DNA of 64,000 bases from Pelagomonas calceolata. Taxonomy: Eukaryota. Positions 10,704-22,413 of the stretch are shown here, piece by piece; position 1 is the stretch's first letter, and each line of letters starts with the position of its first letter. The position numbers and the translations under genes were made by a program. Location: the NCBI GenBank assembly GCA_918797485.1, contig CAKKNE010000002.1, positions 248,001 to 312,000 of the forward strand, written 5' to 3'. The notes under the pieces are model-generated. The model saw nothing but the letters and a program-made list of their open reading frames with translations, was not told the DNA's origin and did no database searches.

Positions 10704-13109
10704 ATGCGCTCTGTCGCGGTACTCTCCCTCGCGGTGGGCACGTCGTACGGCTTCGCGCCGGCGCGGAGCCCGCCGCGGGCCCGCCGCGGCGCGCCGCTGC
10801 GCGCGGCCGTGGGCGGCGCGCCGCGGACGCTCTTCGACAAGATCTGGGACGACCACCTCGTCGTGCCCGAGGACGAGACCGGCGCGGCGCTCATCTACAT
10901 CGACCGCCACCTGATCCACGAGGTGACGTCGCCGCAGGCCTTCGAGGGCCTGCGCCTCGCCGGCCGGGCCGTGCGGCGGCCCGACTGCACGCTCGCGACG
11001 GTGGACCACAACGTGCCGACGTCGAACCGCGACGCCTTCCACGCGGGCAGCGAGGCCGTCGAGGCCTTCCTGGCCGACGTCGCGTCGCGGACCCAGGTGC
11101 AGGCGCTCGAGCGGAACGTCGAGGACTTCGGCGTCAAGTACTTCGGCATGGCCGACAAGCGCCAGGGCATCGTGCACATCATCGGGCCCGAGCAGGGCTT
11201 CACGCTGCCCGGCACGACCTGCGTCTGCGGCGACTCGCACACGGCGACGCACGGCGCGTTCGGCGCGCTCGCGTTCGGCATCGGCACGAGCGAGGTCGAG
11301 CACGTGCTCGCGACGCAGACGCTGCCCCAGAAGAAGGCGAAGAACATGCTCGTGCGCGTCGACGGCGCGCTGCGCCCGGGCGTGACGTCGAAGGACGTCG
11401 TGCTCCACGTCTGCGGCCGCATCGGCACGGCCGGCGGCACGGGCTGCGCCATCGAGTTCGCCGGCGAGGCCATCCGCGGCCTCTCGATGGAGGGGCGCAT
11501 GTCCATCTCGAACATGGCCATCGAGGCCGGCGCGCGCGCGGGCCTCATCGCGCCCGACGCGACGACGTACGCCTACCTCGAGGGCCGGCCCATGTGCCCC
11601 ACGGGCGCCGAGTGGGCCCGCGCCGTCGCCTACTGGGAGACGCTCGCGAGCGACGCCGGCGCCGCGTACGACGAGACGGTCGTCATCGACGCGGCCGACA
11701 TCGCGCCCACGGTCACGTGGGGCACGTCGCCGCAGGACACGGCGCCGATCGACGGCGTCGTGCCGGACCCGGCGGACGCGCCGTCGGAGCAGCGCGCGGC
11801 GGCGATGCGGCGCTCGCTCGCGTACATGGGCCTCGAGCCGGGCACGCGGCTCGCGGACGTGCCCGTCGACCGCGTCTTCATCGGCTCCTGCACGAACGGC
11901 CGCATCGAGGACATGCGCGCCGTCGCCGCCGTCGCCGCCGGCCGCACCGTCGCGCCGAACGTCATCGACGCCATGGTCGTGCCCGGCTCGGGCCTCGTCA
12001 AGGAGCAGGCCGAGGCCGAGGGCCTCGACGAGATTTTGAAAGCGGCGGGCTTCCAGTGGCGCGAGCCCGGCTGCTCCATGTGCCTCGCGATGAACCCCGA
12101 CAAGCTGCGGCCCGAGGAGCGCTGCGCGTCGACGTCGAACCGCAACTTCGAGGGCCGCCAAGGGCCCGGCGGGCGCACGCACCTCATGTCGCCCGCCATG
12201 GCCGCGGCGGCCGCCGTCACGGGCCGCCTCGCGGACGTGCGCGCGCTCGTCCCCGACGCGCGCGCGCTCGACGCGGCCATCGCCGAGCCGGCGGCGACGC
12301 CGACGCTCGACGCCTTCCGCGAGCAGGCCGTGCCGTCGGCCGGCGCCGTCGTGAACGCGGGCGGCGGCGCCGGCGCCGGCGGCGCCGCGGGCATCCCGCC
12401 GTTCACGACGCTCACGGGCCTCGCCGCGCCGCTCGACATCGAGAACGTCGACACGGACATGATCATCCCCAAGGAGTTCCTCAAGACCATCAAGCGGTCG
12501 GGCCTCGGCTTCGCGGCCTTCGCCGAGCTCCGCTACGTGAACGCCGTCGACGTCGCGACGACGGGCGACCCGGCCGTCGCCGAGCTCCGCGAGGACTTCG
12601 TGCTCAACCGGGCGCCCTGGAAGGACGGCGCGGCGAAGATCATCATCGCGGGCGACAACTTCGGCTGCGGCTCGTCGCGCGAGCACGCGCCGTGGTCGAT
12701 CAACGACCTCGGCGTGCGCTGCATCGTCTCGACGTCCTTCGCCGACATCTTCTTCAACAACTGCTTCAAGAACGGCATGCTGCCCATCACGCTCGCGCGC
12801 GACGAGGTCGAGGCGCTGCTCGCGCACGCCGAGGCCGGCGGCGAGGTCACGGTCGACCTCGAGGCGCAGACCGTGCGGCGCGCCGACGGCGAGGGGCCCG
12901 CCTACGCCTTCGACGTCGACCCCTTCCGCAAGAACAACCTGCTCAACGGCCTCGACGACATCGGGCTCACGCTGCTCAAAACCGACGCCATCGCCGACTT
13001 CGAGGCGCGCCGCTCGGACGAGTGGCCCTGGCTCGACGGCGCGACGACGCGCGTCCCCGACGACATGCTCGTGCCCGCGGCGGGCGGCGAGGTCGTGGCG
13101 GCGCGCTAG
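10704..13109 (+). CDS. LEU1: 3-isopropylmalate dehydratase, fused LeuC-LeuD, plastid-targeted
   Basis: [45 protein letters not shown], then Leu[10 protein letters not shown] and [13 protein letters not shown]; bipartite presequence SYG-FAP. Confidence 0.97.
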   Translation: MRSVAVLSLAVGTSYGFAPARSPPRARRGAPLRAAVGGAPRTLFDKIWDDHLVVPEDETGAALIYIDRHLIHEVTSPQAFEGLRLAGRAVRRPDCTLATVDHNVPTSNRDAFHAGSEAVEAFLADVASRTQVQALERNVEDFGVKYFGMADKRQGIVHIIGPEQGFTLPGTTCVCGDSHTATHGAFGALAFGIGTSEVEHVLATQTLPQKKAKNMLVRVDGALRPGVTSKDVVLHVCGRIGTAGGTGCAIEFAGEAIRGLSMEGRMSISNMAIEAGARAGLIAPDATTYAYLEGRPMCPTGAEWARAVAYWETLASDAGAAYDETVVIDAADIAPTVTWGTSPQDTAPIDGVVPDPADAPSEQRAAAMRRSLAYMGLEPGTRLADVPVDRVFIGSCTNGRIEDMRAVAAVAAGRTVAPNVIDAMVVPGSGLVKEQAEAEGLDEILKAAGFQWREPGCSMCLAMNPDKLRPEERCASTSNRNFEGRQGPGGRTHLMSPAMAAAAAVTGRLADVRALVPDARALDAAIAEPAATPTLDAFREQAVPSAGAVVNAGGGAGAGGAAGIPPFTTLTGLAAPLDIENVDTDMIIPKEFLKTIKRSGLGFAAFAELRYVNAVDVATTGDPAVAELREDFVLNRAPWKDGAAKIIIAGDNFGCGSSREHAPWSINDLGVRCIVSTSFADIFFNNCFKNGMLPITLARDEVEALLAHAEAGGEVTVDLEAQTVRRADGEGPAYAFDVDPFRKNNLLNGLDDIGLTLLKTDAIADFEARRSDEWPWLDGATTRVPDDMLVPAAGGEVVAAR

Positions 13110-13284
13110 TCGGTCTGGCCTCCCGCCGCGTCCTTTGCCGTAAGCGGGGTTTCTGTATCTCTCGGTGAGTTACTTGGCGAGTTTGGGGGTCCTGAGGGAC
13201 GACCCGCACGGTCCGGTGTCCTAATCCGCCGCCAGGTCAACTGCCGCCTCCGATTCGATCCCCCTTCCGAGTCCTTCCTTCCTT

Positions 13285-13461
13285 CGAGCAGGGAGACTTC
13301 AGGCTCTTAGGAGCTTGTTCCTTATTTATTAGGTCTTCCTCAGGCTTATTTATTTGTTGTTGTTGTTGTTGTTGTTGCTTTGCTTAGAGCTAGGCCGCCT
13401 AGCCACCCGGCCGAAGACCCCGGCCCTCATACGCCGTCCCGAGGTGAGCTCGATTATTATG
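13285..13461. repeat. Dispersed non-coding repeat, copy A, including a (TTG)n microsatellite
   Basis: Blocks cgagcagggaga..aggctcttaggagcttgttcctt..taggtcttcct and gctttgcttagagctaggccgcctagccacccgg..ccccggccctcatacgccgtc recur on the reverse strand at 37948-38241. Confidence 0.85.
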
Positions 13462-13598
13462 ACCCGGGCCTTCGTCCCGCGGCCCAGGCGACCCGGGGGC
13501 GCGCGACACAAGCGAGGGGATTGACCATTGCAATGATTGCATAAACGAGACGATTCATATCTACTGGCGCCGCCGCCGGCGCCCGGCGGGCGGCCGCG

Positions 13599-15678
13599 CT
13601 AGGCGCAGCGGACGGCGGCGCCGGGGTTGAGGCGGAACCCGTGGCGCTCGGCGCGCGCCCACCAGCCGTCGAGCGCGTCGACGTCGATGGGCCCCGTCTC
13701 GTGCGCGCCGAGGTCGTCGCGCGCGTGCACGATCGCGGCGGCGAGACAGGCGGGCACGGTGCCCTGGACGTCGTGGCAGAACGTGAGGTCCGTGTCCTTG
13801 GCGTCGTAGACGAGCGCCGCGCCGTTCACGTAGGCGTACCTGGCCGACGGCCGCGGCACGAGGTGCGGCACCGCGTAGTCGACGACCAGCGCGTCGTCGC
13901 GGACGGCGCGGTGGATCGTGGACTCGAACGCGAGCTTGCCGAGGAGCCAGACGTCGGGCCGCAGCGCGGCGGCGTCGTCGTAGGTGTGCGCGCGCCGCAG
14001 CCGCGCGCCCGCGGCGCCCGCCTGGCGCACGAGGTCGGCGAAGCGGTCGGGCGCCGTCGTCAGGCAGACGACCTCGTGGCCGCGGCGCGCGAGCGCGATG
14101 GCGAGCGCGCGCCCGATCTTGGCCGTGGCGCCCGTGACGCACACCGTGTCCTCGGGCAGCGTCTTCCGCCGCACCGTCTCGAGCACGGCGGCCGCCGTCA
14201 GCGCGTTGCCGTGGACGATCTTCACGGCGTAGCCGCGCGCCTCGCAGCGCGCGCGCACGGCCTCGCCGCCGCCGTTGAGCCACTCGGCCTTGTTCAGCGC
14301 CGCGAGGCCGACGTAGCGGACGCCCGCGCGCTCCGCGGCGTCGACGGCGGCCTCGAGCTTGCGCTGGATCGCGGGCCGCTCGCCCTTGTTGAGGTAGAAG
14401 CGCGCGGCGACGGGCAGGCACCACGTCGCGACCTGCGTGCCGCGGTACTGGTAGCGCTGCATGACCGTCGCCGGCAGGAGCAGCTGCGCGAGGCGCGCCC
14501 AGACGTAGCACAGCGGCCAGAGCAGCGTCGCGACCCAGCCCGTCGCGTGCGTGACCGAGCAGAGGAACGGCGACACGAAGGGCACGTGCGTGACCATCGA
14601 GGGCACGTCGTGGCCGTGCGCGAGGAAGACGACGTCCGTCGGCCGGCGCCGGCGCGCGCGGTCCGTGACCTCGCGGTGGAGCGCCTGCGACGTCGGGTGC
14701 GCCGTGCCGCAGAGGTGGTCCCAGATGGGGCAGAAGAGGCAGTAGTTCCACTTGTACTTGGAGTGGTGCAGCGAGTGGTAGCACGACGTGTAGACGTAGT
14801 ACTTGAGCGGGCCCCACTGGGCCCAGCGCGGGAAGCACTCGAAGTTGCAGTGGCCCGCGCAGTTCATGACGTCGAACCTGCGCGGAAATCAGCCGGTGAG
14901 CGGGGGTAGCCTTCGTGCCCCTCCGCGGCGGCGACGTCGCGTCGACGGCGTGGGGCGCCCGACGTTGGCTTTCCGCGCGGCGTCCGAACCACACGAAGTA
15001 GAGCGGGATCTGGCCCAGGCTGAAGCGGCCGCACCAGGCCGGCACGAGGAACGCGAGCGAGAAGTTCGCGAGGTAGGCGACGCTCTCGTAGAGCGGGTGC
15101 GACGTGCCCGACACGGCCTCGGTGACGACGGACGCGTGGTGGTGGCCGTGCGACCGCCGGTAGGCCCAGTCGCCGTGGAGCCAGACGTGGAACGCGTAGT
15201 AGACGGGCTCGACGCAGGCGTAGTGCGCCGCGAAGAGCGCCGCCACGGACCGCGCGTCGCACGGCCCGACGCGGTCCGGCCGCAGCCACGGCGTCAGCAG
15301 GTCGACGAGCACGAAGGCCAGCGGCGACAGGATGACGGGCCCGTCCCAGTCGAGCTCGCGCTCGAGCTGCTGCGCGGGCGGGTTCTTGCGGTGGATGCGC
15401 CGCGGCTCGGCGAAGGCGTCCCACTTGGAGAGCGCCACGAACGCGTGGTTCACGACGTAGCGGAGGAGCGTCGCCTTGGCCAGGGCGGGCACGAGGTGCG
15501 CGCCGGCGCCCGTCGCCAGCGACAGCAGGTACGTGAACGCGTAGATGGCGTACTTGGGGTCGAGGATCCAGCGCTCGGCCGCGGGCTCGGGCGGCGCGAG
15601 CCCGGCTTTCGCCACGTCCCCGACGAGCGGGCTCTGCAGCTGCCTGAGCGACGGCGGGCGCTGGCCGCCGCGACCCAT
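13599..15678 (-). CDS. CER1/CER3-like protein (fatty-acid hydroxylase His boxes + WAX2 C-terminal domain), 2 exons
   Basis: HVWLH, HGHHH, SGTSHP, GHCNFE, YHSLHH, NYCLFCPIWD, LAALNKAEWLNGGG, VHGNALTAA, VTGATAKIGRA, VPACLA; spliced FVW-FDVMN. Confidence 0.92.
14878..14989 (-). mobile_element. Introner intron (112 nt)
   Basis: Ends CTGCGCGGAAATCA / TGGCTTTCCGCGCGG; TSD GTTCGGACG vs GTTCGACG (1-nt insertion in the intronic copy); GT-AG. Confidence 0.9.
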
Positions 15679-16042
15679 TTGTCACTTTCTCCGGCTGCTG
15701 GGCCGCGTGGGTGTCAGAGAGCTGAGCTGCAATGCAAATGAGCTGGTGGTTGCAGCGATTGCGAGCGTTGGCACTTCCCTGATCACGAGGTCGCACGAGA
15801 GCTTGATAAAAGCCAACGGGAGCCTTCCTAATGCTGCAGCAGAGACTTGGGTCGCTGGTATGAGCTGGATGCGACGAGCTGGCTTTGCGTACTACGCTAG
15901 TGGCTTCATCAACTCTCTCATACGCAAGTAAATGCAAGGCTCTGGATGCAAAGAAGCATCGGGACACGACTAGGAGGACCAATGGAAAATTTTAAGCTCA
16001 AAAGCACACGCGCGGGGGTCACATCTCGCTTTGAAGTGCCGT

Positions 16043-16071
16043 ATAACATATCCCGTCGCGGGACATGCTAT
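16043..16071 (-). other. 3'-flank stem-loop (copy 2 of a shared hairpin)
   Basis: Minus-strand RNA AUAGCAUGUCCC-GCGAC-GGGAUAUGUUAU forms a 12-bp stem with two G.U pairs that exist only on the gene-sense strand. Confidence 0.55.
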
Positions 16072-16109
16072 CGGGCCCGAGCGTCGTAGAGATATTCGAT
16101 GTTTACAAC

Positions 16110-16769
16110 TTAGTCCTCCCCGTCGGCGCCAGAGTTCGCCTCTTTGGCGCGGGCGTTCGACTCGGCGACGGCGGCCGCGCGCGCCTCGTAGGGCCTCGCG
16201 TCGGCGTCGTCGAGGAACTTCTGCTTCGCGACCTTCTTCTGTTTCTTGAGGTCCTCGTACTCGCCGGCCAGGACCAGCACGTACTTGCCGTCGTTCTTGG
16301 CGACGGGGACGAACCGCGAGAACGGCCCAAACTCGCCGCTCTGGCTGTTTTGGAACATCTGCAGCTCGACCTGGCGCGCGTTCTTCTCGGCGTTCGCCGC
16401 CGTCCGCCGCCGCAGCTCGGCGACGAGCGGCGACTCGAGCTCCTGCTCCATCCGCGCCTTCTGCGCGGCCGCCTTCTCCGCGCCCGCCCGCGCCGCCTGC
16501 GCCTCGTCCGCCGCGGTCGTGTCGCGCGGGGCCGCCGTCCGCGCGTCGAGGCAGGCGCCCAGCGGGCCCCGCCGGCCGCAGCCCGACTCGACGAAGAGCT
16601 CCGTCTTGTAGTCGGACAGCGCCGCGAAGGCGGGCGGCGCCTGTGCATGGGCGAGCCAGCAGCCGAAGAGACCGGTCGCGCGCAGCGCCCGGCGCCTCGC
16701 CAGCGCTGCGTGCGGGGCGTCGTAGGCGTGTGCAAGCATGGTCAAGACGGCGTAAAGTGCAAGCCTCAT
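16110..16769 (-). CDS. Putative thylakoid-lumen protein of unknown function
   Basis: Signal peptide, twin-arginine ARRRAL, A-x-A cleavage PAFA, coiled-coil body, typical GC3 bias. Confidence 0.65.
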   Translation of the reverse strand: MRLALYAVLTMLAHAYDAPHAALARRRALRATGLFGCWLAHAQAPPAFAALSDYKTELFVESGCGRRGPLGACLDARTAAPRDTTAADEAQAARAGAEKAAAQKARMEQELESPLVAELRRRTAANAEKNARQVELQMFQNSQSGEFGPFSRFVPVAKNDGKYVLVLAGEYEDLKKQKKVAKQKFLDDADARPYEARAAAVAESNARAKEANSGADGED

Positions 16770-16977
16770 GGTGCCCTAGCGTGGCTGAAGTTGATGAATT
16801 GCTGCGTTTTTGCAGTGTAGATTGATGCACAGCTGCTGGTTGAGTGGCACTAAGGTTACTACACAAGAACCGAGATTTTTTGTGACGATGTTGAGCTAAT
16901 ATATATCTCGCCCGTTGGACGTGGGCCACGCAAGGCCTTAATAGAGCTACAAGTTTGCCGGCTCCAGCTGGTCTGTG

Positions 16978-17000
16978 CTAGCGGCTTGTAAAGACACTAG
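16978..17000. promoter_or_regulatory. CTAG-bounded upstream motif, copy 2
   Basis: Reverse complement CTAGTGTCTTTACAAGCCGCTAG, about 210 nt upstream of ATG 16769. Confidence 0.55.
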
Positions 17001-17227
17001 CCCGCAAAGGAGCAAACTGCGCCATGCAGCCGTTTGAGTATCGCTCGGTTCGCTTATGGTCCAAAGAGATCAATGGGACACTTACTGGGGGCCGAAAAAA
17101 CTAATATCTTGATTCGCGGCGCCGAGGCGGACGAGGCCACAGGGCGGCCGCGCTGGTTTAATCCTGTCAATCCCTGTCGAACAGGTCTCCCTGGGGTCGC
17201 CTAGGGTCGGTACTATACACGTGCAAG

Positions 17228-17377
17228 CGCCTACGCCGCATGCGCCGCCGCTTCAAGCATTTTTGGCCGATTTCTCTCAGCAGCCCGCAGAGGAATAGCA
17301 GGTTTTGCCGAGGTCTCGCTTCCAGGGCGCTCTGAGAGCACTAGGCTGCCGCATCGACGGCGTATGCGGCACAGGCG
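17228..17377. mobile_element. Possible MITE with 23-bp imperfect inverted termini
   Basis: cgcctacgccgcatgcgccgccg vs cgacggcgtatgcggcacaggcg (19/23 complementary, all mismatches are transitions); no TSD seen. Confidence 0.4.
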
Positions 17378-18349
17378 ACTACCCACTACCAGACCTACCC
17401 CGAGAGGCCTCCAGGAGCCGATCTGCCCCCGAAAAAAGTGTGTAATTAGGGCCCGATGGCGCCCCGTTCCCGTAAAAAACGTCAATTACCCGAGGGCCCC
17501 CAGTAGACGCCGTAGCGGTCTCGTCGGACCCCATACTACTCCACCGATAGTCAACTACAAGTATATGACATCTACACGCCGAGAAGGGTGCTTTGGGCTG
17601 CCCACGCTCGGGACGTGAACATCTGCATCTGGAGCTCGCGTAAGTCGGTCGATCATGGAACAAATGATCGCGTTATGGTCCATGGTGAAGGTACACGCGC
17701 TGATGGTCGCAGGTCCAGGTATTTAGCCCATTTGTAGCAGATCGTGGGCTCGTGAGACCGACGACCCGCGCCGAGCATATTTGGGTCTCGGAGCAATTTA
17801 GTACACAATCAAGCCGGTTAGATGGCCCGTCCTAGAACTAAAGCGCCTGAAACGCAAATTTATTTCATAACTCACGGGTCTGGGGCCAATTCAGTGCCCC
17901 GCGTACGCACCGTCGTCCGCGGAGAACGGGCAAGTCGGTCGATTGTGAATAGAACAACGGCGTTATGGTCCATCGGGGTGGTGGCGTCGCTGATACTCGC
18001 GGATCTAGGTTCTGACCGGTATTTGGATAAAGGTGGGGTCGCGAAGTCGACGAATCGCGGGACTCTAACGGAGTACATGATCATGCTAGTTGGGTGTTCA
18101 ATCGGCCTAGATGGACTCTACCACTAACAAACGGAAGGAAACGAACATAAACTCGGGAGTTGTCTAGTAGAATTCTTTTCCCGCCCTCCGAGCGCGCGCC
18201 GTCGGCTCCGCTTCCGTCGATTATGTATGAAAATTGGGCTGGCGTTGATATGATGTACCATTTGGACGGTAGATGGCGCTGTCAATCGCTGGTGTACTTT
18301 GGCGAGCCGCAAGACCTAGTGATCTAGCGTATCGACATACTAGGAATCC

Positions 18350-18402
18350 GTACATATATATATACACGTATGTATATACATACATATAGTATACATGTAT
18401 AC
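18350..18402. repeat. (TA/CA)n low-complexity tract
   Basis: tacatatatatatacacgtatgtatatacatacatatagtatacatgtatac. Confidence 0.8.
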
Positions 18403-18601
18403 AGGCCTAGCCGGATGGCCTTTGAAAACAGACCTCTCCGACTGACCCCCGAATAGTGAAGTTCAGAGCTTAATTACCGCTCTGCCCACTACCTGGGCAG
18501 GGTATATACCCAAGTTGTTATGGGAACTTCGGAAGATCTCTCAAAAACGCGACCCCGTTTCGACGAATCGACAGCGGCAAAAATAAAGTACAAGCGGCTT
18601 A

Positions 18602-21600
18602 TTAGTCCCGAAGCTCATCCACCGCCGACCGGGCCCGCGCGATCGCCTCGTCGAGCGGCTCGGCGGCGGGCATGAGGAGCTGCGGTGACGAGGCGGCGGA
18701 GAAGTCGTCGTCGGCGCGGGACTCGGCCAGCACGAGCGAGTTCTCGACCAGCGCCGCCTTCGCGGCCTCGACGCGCTGCAGGGCCTCGCGCTCGCGCCGC
18801 GCCACGGCCTCCTCGAGCTCGGCCTCTTCGGCCTCCCTCTCCGAGCGGAGCTGCGCGCTCTGCGCCGCGGCGACGGCGCGCGCGCTCTGCGCTTTCTTCC
18901 GGCGCGCCGCGGCGGCCTCGGCGCTCTTCGCGGCGGCCTCGGCGCGATCGCACGCGGCGAGGCGCCGCGCCCGGGCACGCTCGGCCGTGATCGCCTGCGC
19001 GCGCCGGGCCGCGCCTGTGCATAAATCAACCAGTGAGTCGGGTGCGACAACGCCGCGCCATCGAGCTGGCGTCGCGTCGGTGGCGTGGAGGTCATGATTG
19101 AGCCGTGGCGGAGACGCGTCGCGACAGTTTGATTTATGCACTGGGCCGCGCCGTCCTCGGCCTGTTGGCGCGCCAGCGCGGCCTCCTCGGCGCGCGCGGC
19201 CGCCTCCTGGTCGGCCAGGAGCTTCTTCGCGGCCTCCTCCGCGGCCTCGGCGGCCCGCGCCTCGGCGTTCTCGGCGAGGCGCCGGTCGCGGGAGGCGCCG
19301 TGCTCGGCGGCGACTCGGCGGAACTCCGCGCGGGCGATGTCCGTCGCCTGCCGCGGCTCGTAGGCGAGCTTCGGATACGCGGCGACCGAGTCGCCCCGCG
19401 GCAGCGGCATGGGAAACCGATCGTTGGCCACGTTCGCGGCGCCGGCGATGCTGGCGAGGCCGCGCGCCAGCGCCGCCGGGCCCGTCGTCTTCGCGCCGTC
19501 GGGCTCGGCCCGCGCGAGGCGCGCGAGCAGCGGGTCCGCCGCGCACCGCCTCTCGAGCGCCCACAGCTCGGGCCAGACCGCACTGCCGCAGGCCAGGGGC
19601 GACCGGACGAGGCGGACGACGTCGTGGACGCTCTCGGCCGCGAGCATCGGGCCCCGCGCCGCGGTCGCGACGGCGACGGGCGCGAGCAGGAGCCGGTGGG
19701 GCCGGTCGGGCCGCGCCAAAATGTGGTCCCAGAGCCGGAGCCAGTCCTCCTTCCGCAGGCACTCCGACCTGCGCGGGAACCGGAGTTCGGGACGCTGTTC
19801 CCGTGACCGCGTTGCTTCAGACGAAGGCCGCGAAAGTCTTCCGATTTCCGCGCGCGTCGCGACAGGAACGACCGCAGCACCGGCCAGGCCCAGTCCGTCG
19901 GCGTGCAGCCCAGGGCGCCCAGGTGCGCGGCCACCTCGGCGTCGTAGTTCTGGAGGAGCCGCTCGACCGCGTTCAGCGCCGGCAGCGGCGGCTCGGGCCA
20001 GCACGCGAGCCAGCCGCGCGCCCACTTGCCGAGGAGGCATACGACCGTCTCGAAGGTGCACAGCGCGTCGCCCTCGAACGCGAGCGCGAACGGGTAGACG
20101 GCCGCCGGCAGCCAGTCCGCGTCGGCGAGCGCCGGGCACCAGCGCCCGAGCGCGCCGCAGCACTCGACGAGCGCCGTCGCCGCGTTGCTCCGCGGCAGCT
20201 TGGCCGCGCGCCTCCGGCACGCGGCCGCGGCCCGCGCGGCTGCGTCGACCGCCGCGCCCTGCCCGCCGTCGCCGCACCGGAGCGCGTCGAACGCCGCCTG
20301 CCTCTCCGGCAGGTCCAGGAGCGCGCGCCACGCTAGCGAGCGATGCTCGGCGGGAAACTCGCCCTCCTCGCCGAGGACCCGCCGCAGGCGCGCGGGCGTC
20401 AGTGCGTCGGCGTCGCACGGGCGCGCGACCCTGTGCAAGGGCGCGCCGCGGCGCGGCGCCGCCCGCCGCGGGCGCGGCGGCGGCGGGAGCGCGGGCGGGC
20501 CTTTGAAATCCCACGGCGCGGGCGCCGGCGCGGGCGCCGGCTCGGGCGCCGCGGGCTCGGGCGCCGGGAAATACCGCCGCAGCGGCGTCGGACCGACCGG
20601 CTGGCGGCGCCGCGCGACGGCCAGGTCGAGGAGCAGTAGCTCGCCGTCGGCGGTCGCGACCGCGACGGACGCCCCGGCGGCGGCGGCCGCGACGACGACG
20701 GCGCGCGGCGCGACGGCGAGCGTCGCGGCGGCGGCGCTGGTCTGGCTCACGTCCAGGGCGTTGAGCCGGCCGTCCTCGCCGAGCGCGAGCAGGTCGGAGC
20801 CGGCCCGGAGGAGCGCCACGAGCGAGCGCGCGCGCGGCGGCGGCGCGGACAGCCGCTCGAAGGCGCCGCCGGGGGCCCACTCGCAGAGGAGCGGCCCGCC
20901 GGCCACGACCGCGCCCCCGGGGAGCGCCGCGAGGCAACACCAGACGCCCCGCGACGGCGCCTCGCCGTGCTGCCGCGGCGAGAGCTGCGCCGTCGCCTGC
21001 CCGCTAGACGGGTCGACGAGGTGGACGACTCCGTCGCGGTCCAGGACGACGGCGTTCCCGTCGGTCCCGACCGCCGCCGCCGCGACCTCGGCCCCGGCGC
21101 CTTCGAAGGCGCTCTGCCGCAGCCAGTCGCCGTCCAGGGTCCAGAATCGCGCCGCGTCGCGTGCCGCCGTGACGACGAGGCGGTCGCGGGCGTCCAGGGT
21201 CGCGATCGAAGTCCCGGGGGCGTGCGCGGCGGCGACCTCGGAGAGAGTTCCCGTCGCCGCGTCGACGGCGACGAGCCGCGGAGCCCGCGGGTGGCAGACG
21301 GCGCACGCGACTCGGTCGCCGACCCACGCCAGCGCCGTCGCCCGCGCGTCCAGCGTCGCGACGCGCTCGAACCGGTTCCGCGCCGCGTCCACGACGACGA
21401 GCGCGCCGCGCTCGTCGCCCGCGGCCACGCGCGCGCCCGCGTCGACGGCCACGGCCGTGAAGCGCACGCGGGAGTCCGCGGAGGCCGGCCGATTTTGCAA
21501 CACGCACACGATGCCGTCGGCCGTCGGCCGCGGCGCGCGCCCGGGCGGCCACAGGCTGCCGGAGCAGGGCTGCTTGCCGCCCGGGACCGAAGTGGTCGAG

Positions 21601-21605
21601 GCCAT
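18602..21605 (-). CDS. TBC1D31: TBC1D31-like protein (WD40 + Rab-GAP TBC + coiled coil), 3 exons
   Basis: N-terminal WD-like repeats; GEFPAEHRSLAWRALLDLP, WLPAAVYPF, WAWPVLRSFL-SECLRKEDWLRLWDH (after splicing); C-terminal coiled coil. Confidence 0.82.
19015..19151 (-). mobile_element. Introner intron (137 nt, GC-AG)
   Basis: TIR CTGTGCATAAATCAA / TTGATTTATGCACTG; perfect TSD GGCCGCGC (19007-19014 / 19144-19151); spliced EDG-AARRAQ. Confidence 0.94.
19769..19863 (-). mobile_element. Diverged introner intron (95 nt)
   Basis: Ends CTGCGCGGGAAC / GATTTCCGCGCGC; TSD remnant GTCGCGAC vs GTCGGAGT; GT-AG; joins the two TBC frames. Confidence 0.82.
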
Positions 21606-22050
21606 TCGTGGCCTGGCTGCTCTCGTTTTTTTGGTACCGCAGGCAGGGCAGCCCGACTCTCGTGGTGCCGTCTCTCGCGCAGCGGGTGCATCAAAATTAA
21701 TTCAAAAAAGAACAATAAGGGTTTTGCGGCGACTTGTGGGGTAACGCTCTCGCTCGCTGGGGACCCGCCGCGATGGCTCGAGGTAACCGTGCGCCACAAA
21801 CGCGAACCCGAAGCCTGCCATGCCATCTCCTAGGATCCTGCCATCAGATAGTCCCGTCTGCTGGACTCGCGTAGCTGCCAGGCGACGCCGCTGGCCGCAT
21901 ACGGTACGGCTTGGTCCAAGCCCCACCCCCTCGTGGGAGCTGCACGCGCGGGCTGCTTTCGGGCCAGCCCAAAAGCTGCTACCACAGAAATTGGTGCATC
22001 TGAAGGAAAAGCAGGCTCACCGCGCCTAGGGTTATAAAGGCAGCGGGCAA

Positions 22051-22413
22051 ATGTCAGAGCCACTTCCGAGGGCGGCGGCCGAGCCCGAGAACCGATCGAC
22101 GCGCACCACGAGCGTCGAAGGCACCGCCCTCCAGGACCTCATCGCCGGCCAGGCCGCCGGCCATCGCATCATCGGTACCATAAATTTGCCCGTCCGGGCG
22201 CCGCCGTCGTCCGCTAAGGAGCCAGAGCCGGCGGCCCCGGTGGAGCGCCGCGCCGTCGCCCGCCGGACCGCAGCGCGAGGTCGGCAACTAGCCCGCGCCG
22301 CTTTCTTTCTGCTGACAGTGTCCGGTGGGCACCGGACACGATCCTCCGACCCCCTAAGTAATGTTGTCCCACCAGCATTAGTAGTTCACTTAGGTCTCAC
22401 GCGTCCGGCTTGA
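22051..22413 (+). CDS. Small hypothetical protein
   Basis: 120-aa ORF after TTATAAAG (about 22032); coding-like first half; overlaps the LysRS stop by 17 nt. Confidence 0.3.
   Translation: MSEPLPRAAAEPENRSTRTTSVEGTALQDLIAGQAAGHRIIGTINLPVRAPPSSAKEPEPAAPVERRAVARRTAARGRQLARAAFFLLTVSGGHRTRSSDPLSNVVPPALVVHLGLTRPA

Noticed and set aside
10704..13109. LeuC-LeuD fusion as a novelty
   Set aside because: Single-chain isopropylmalate isomerases are established in fungi (Leu1) and other eukaryotes
17822..18127. 101-aa ORF as a transposase fragment
   Set aside because: No DDE, RT or other recognisable motif
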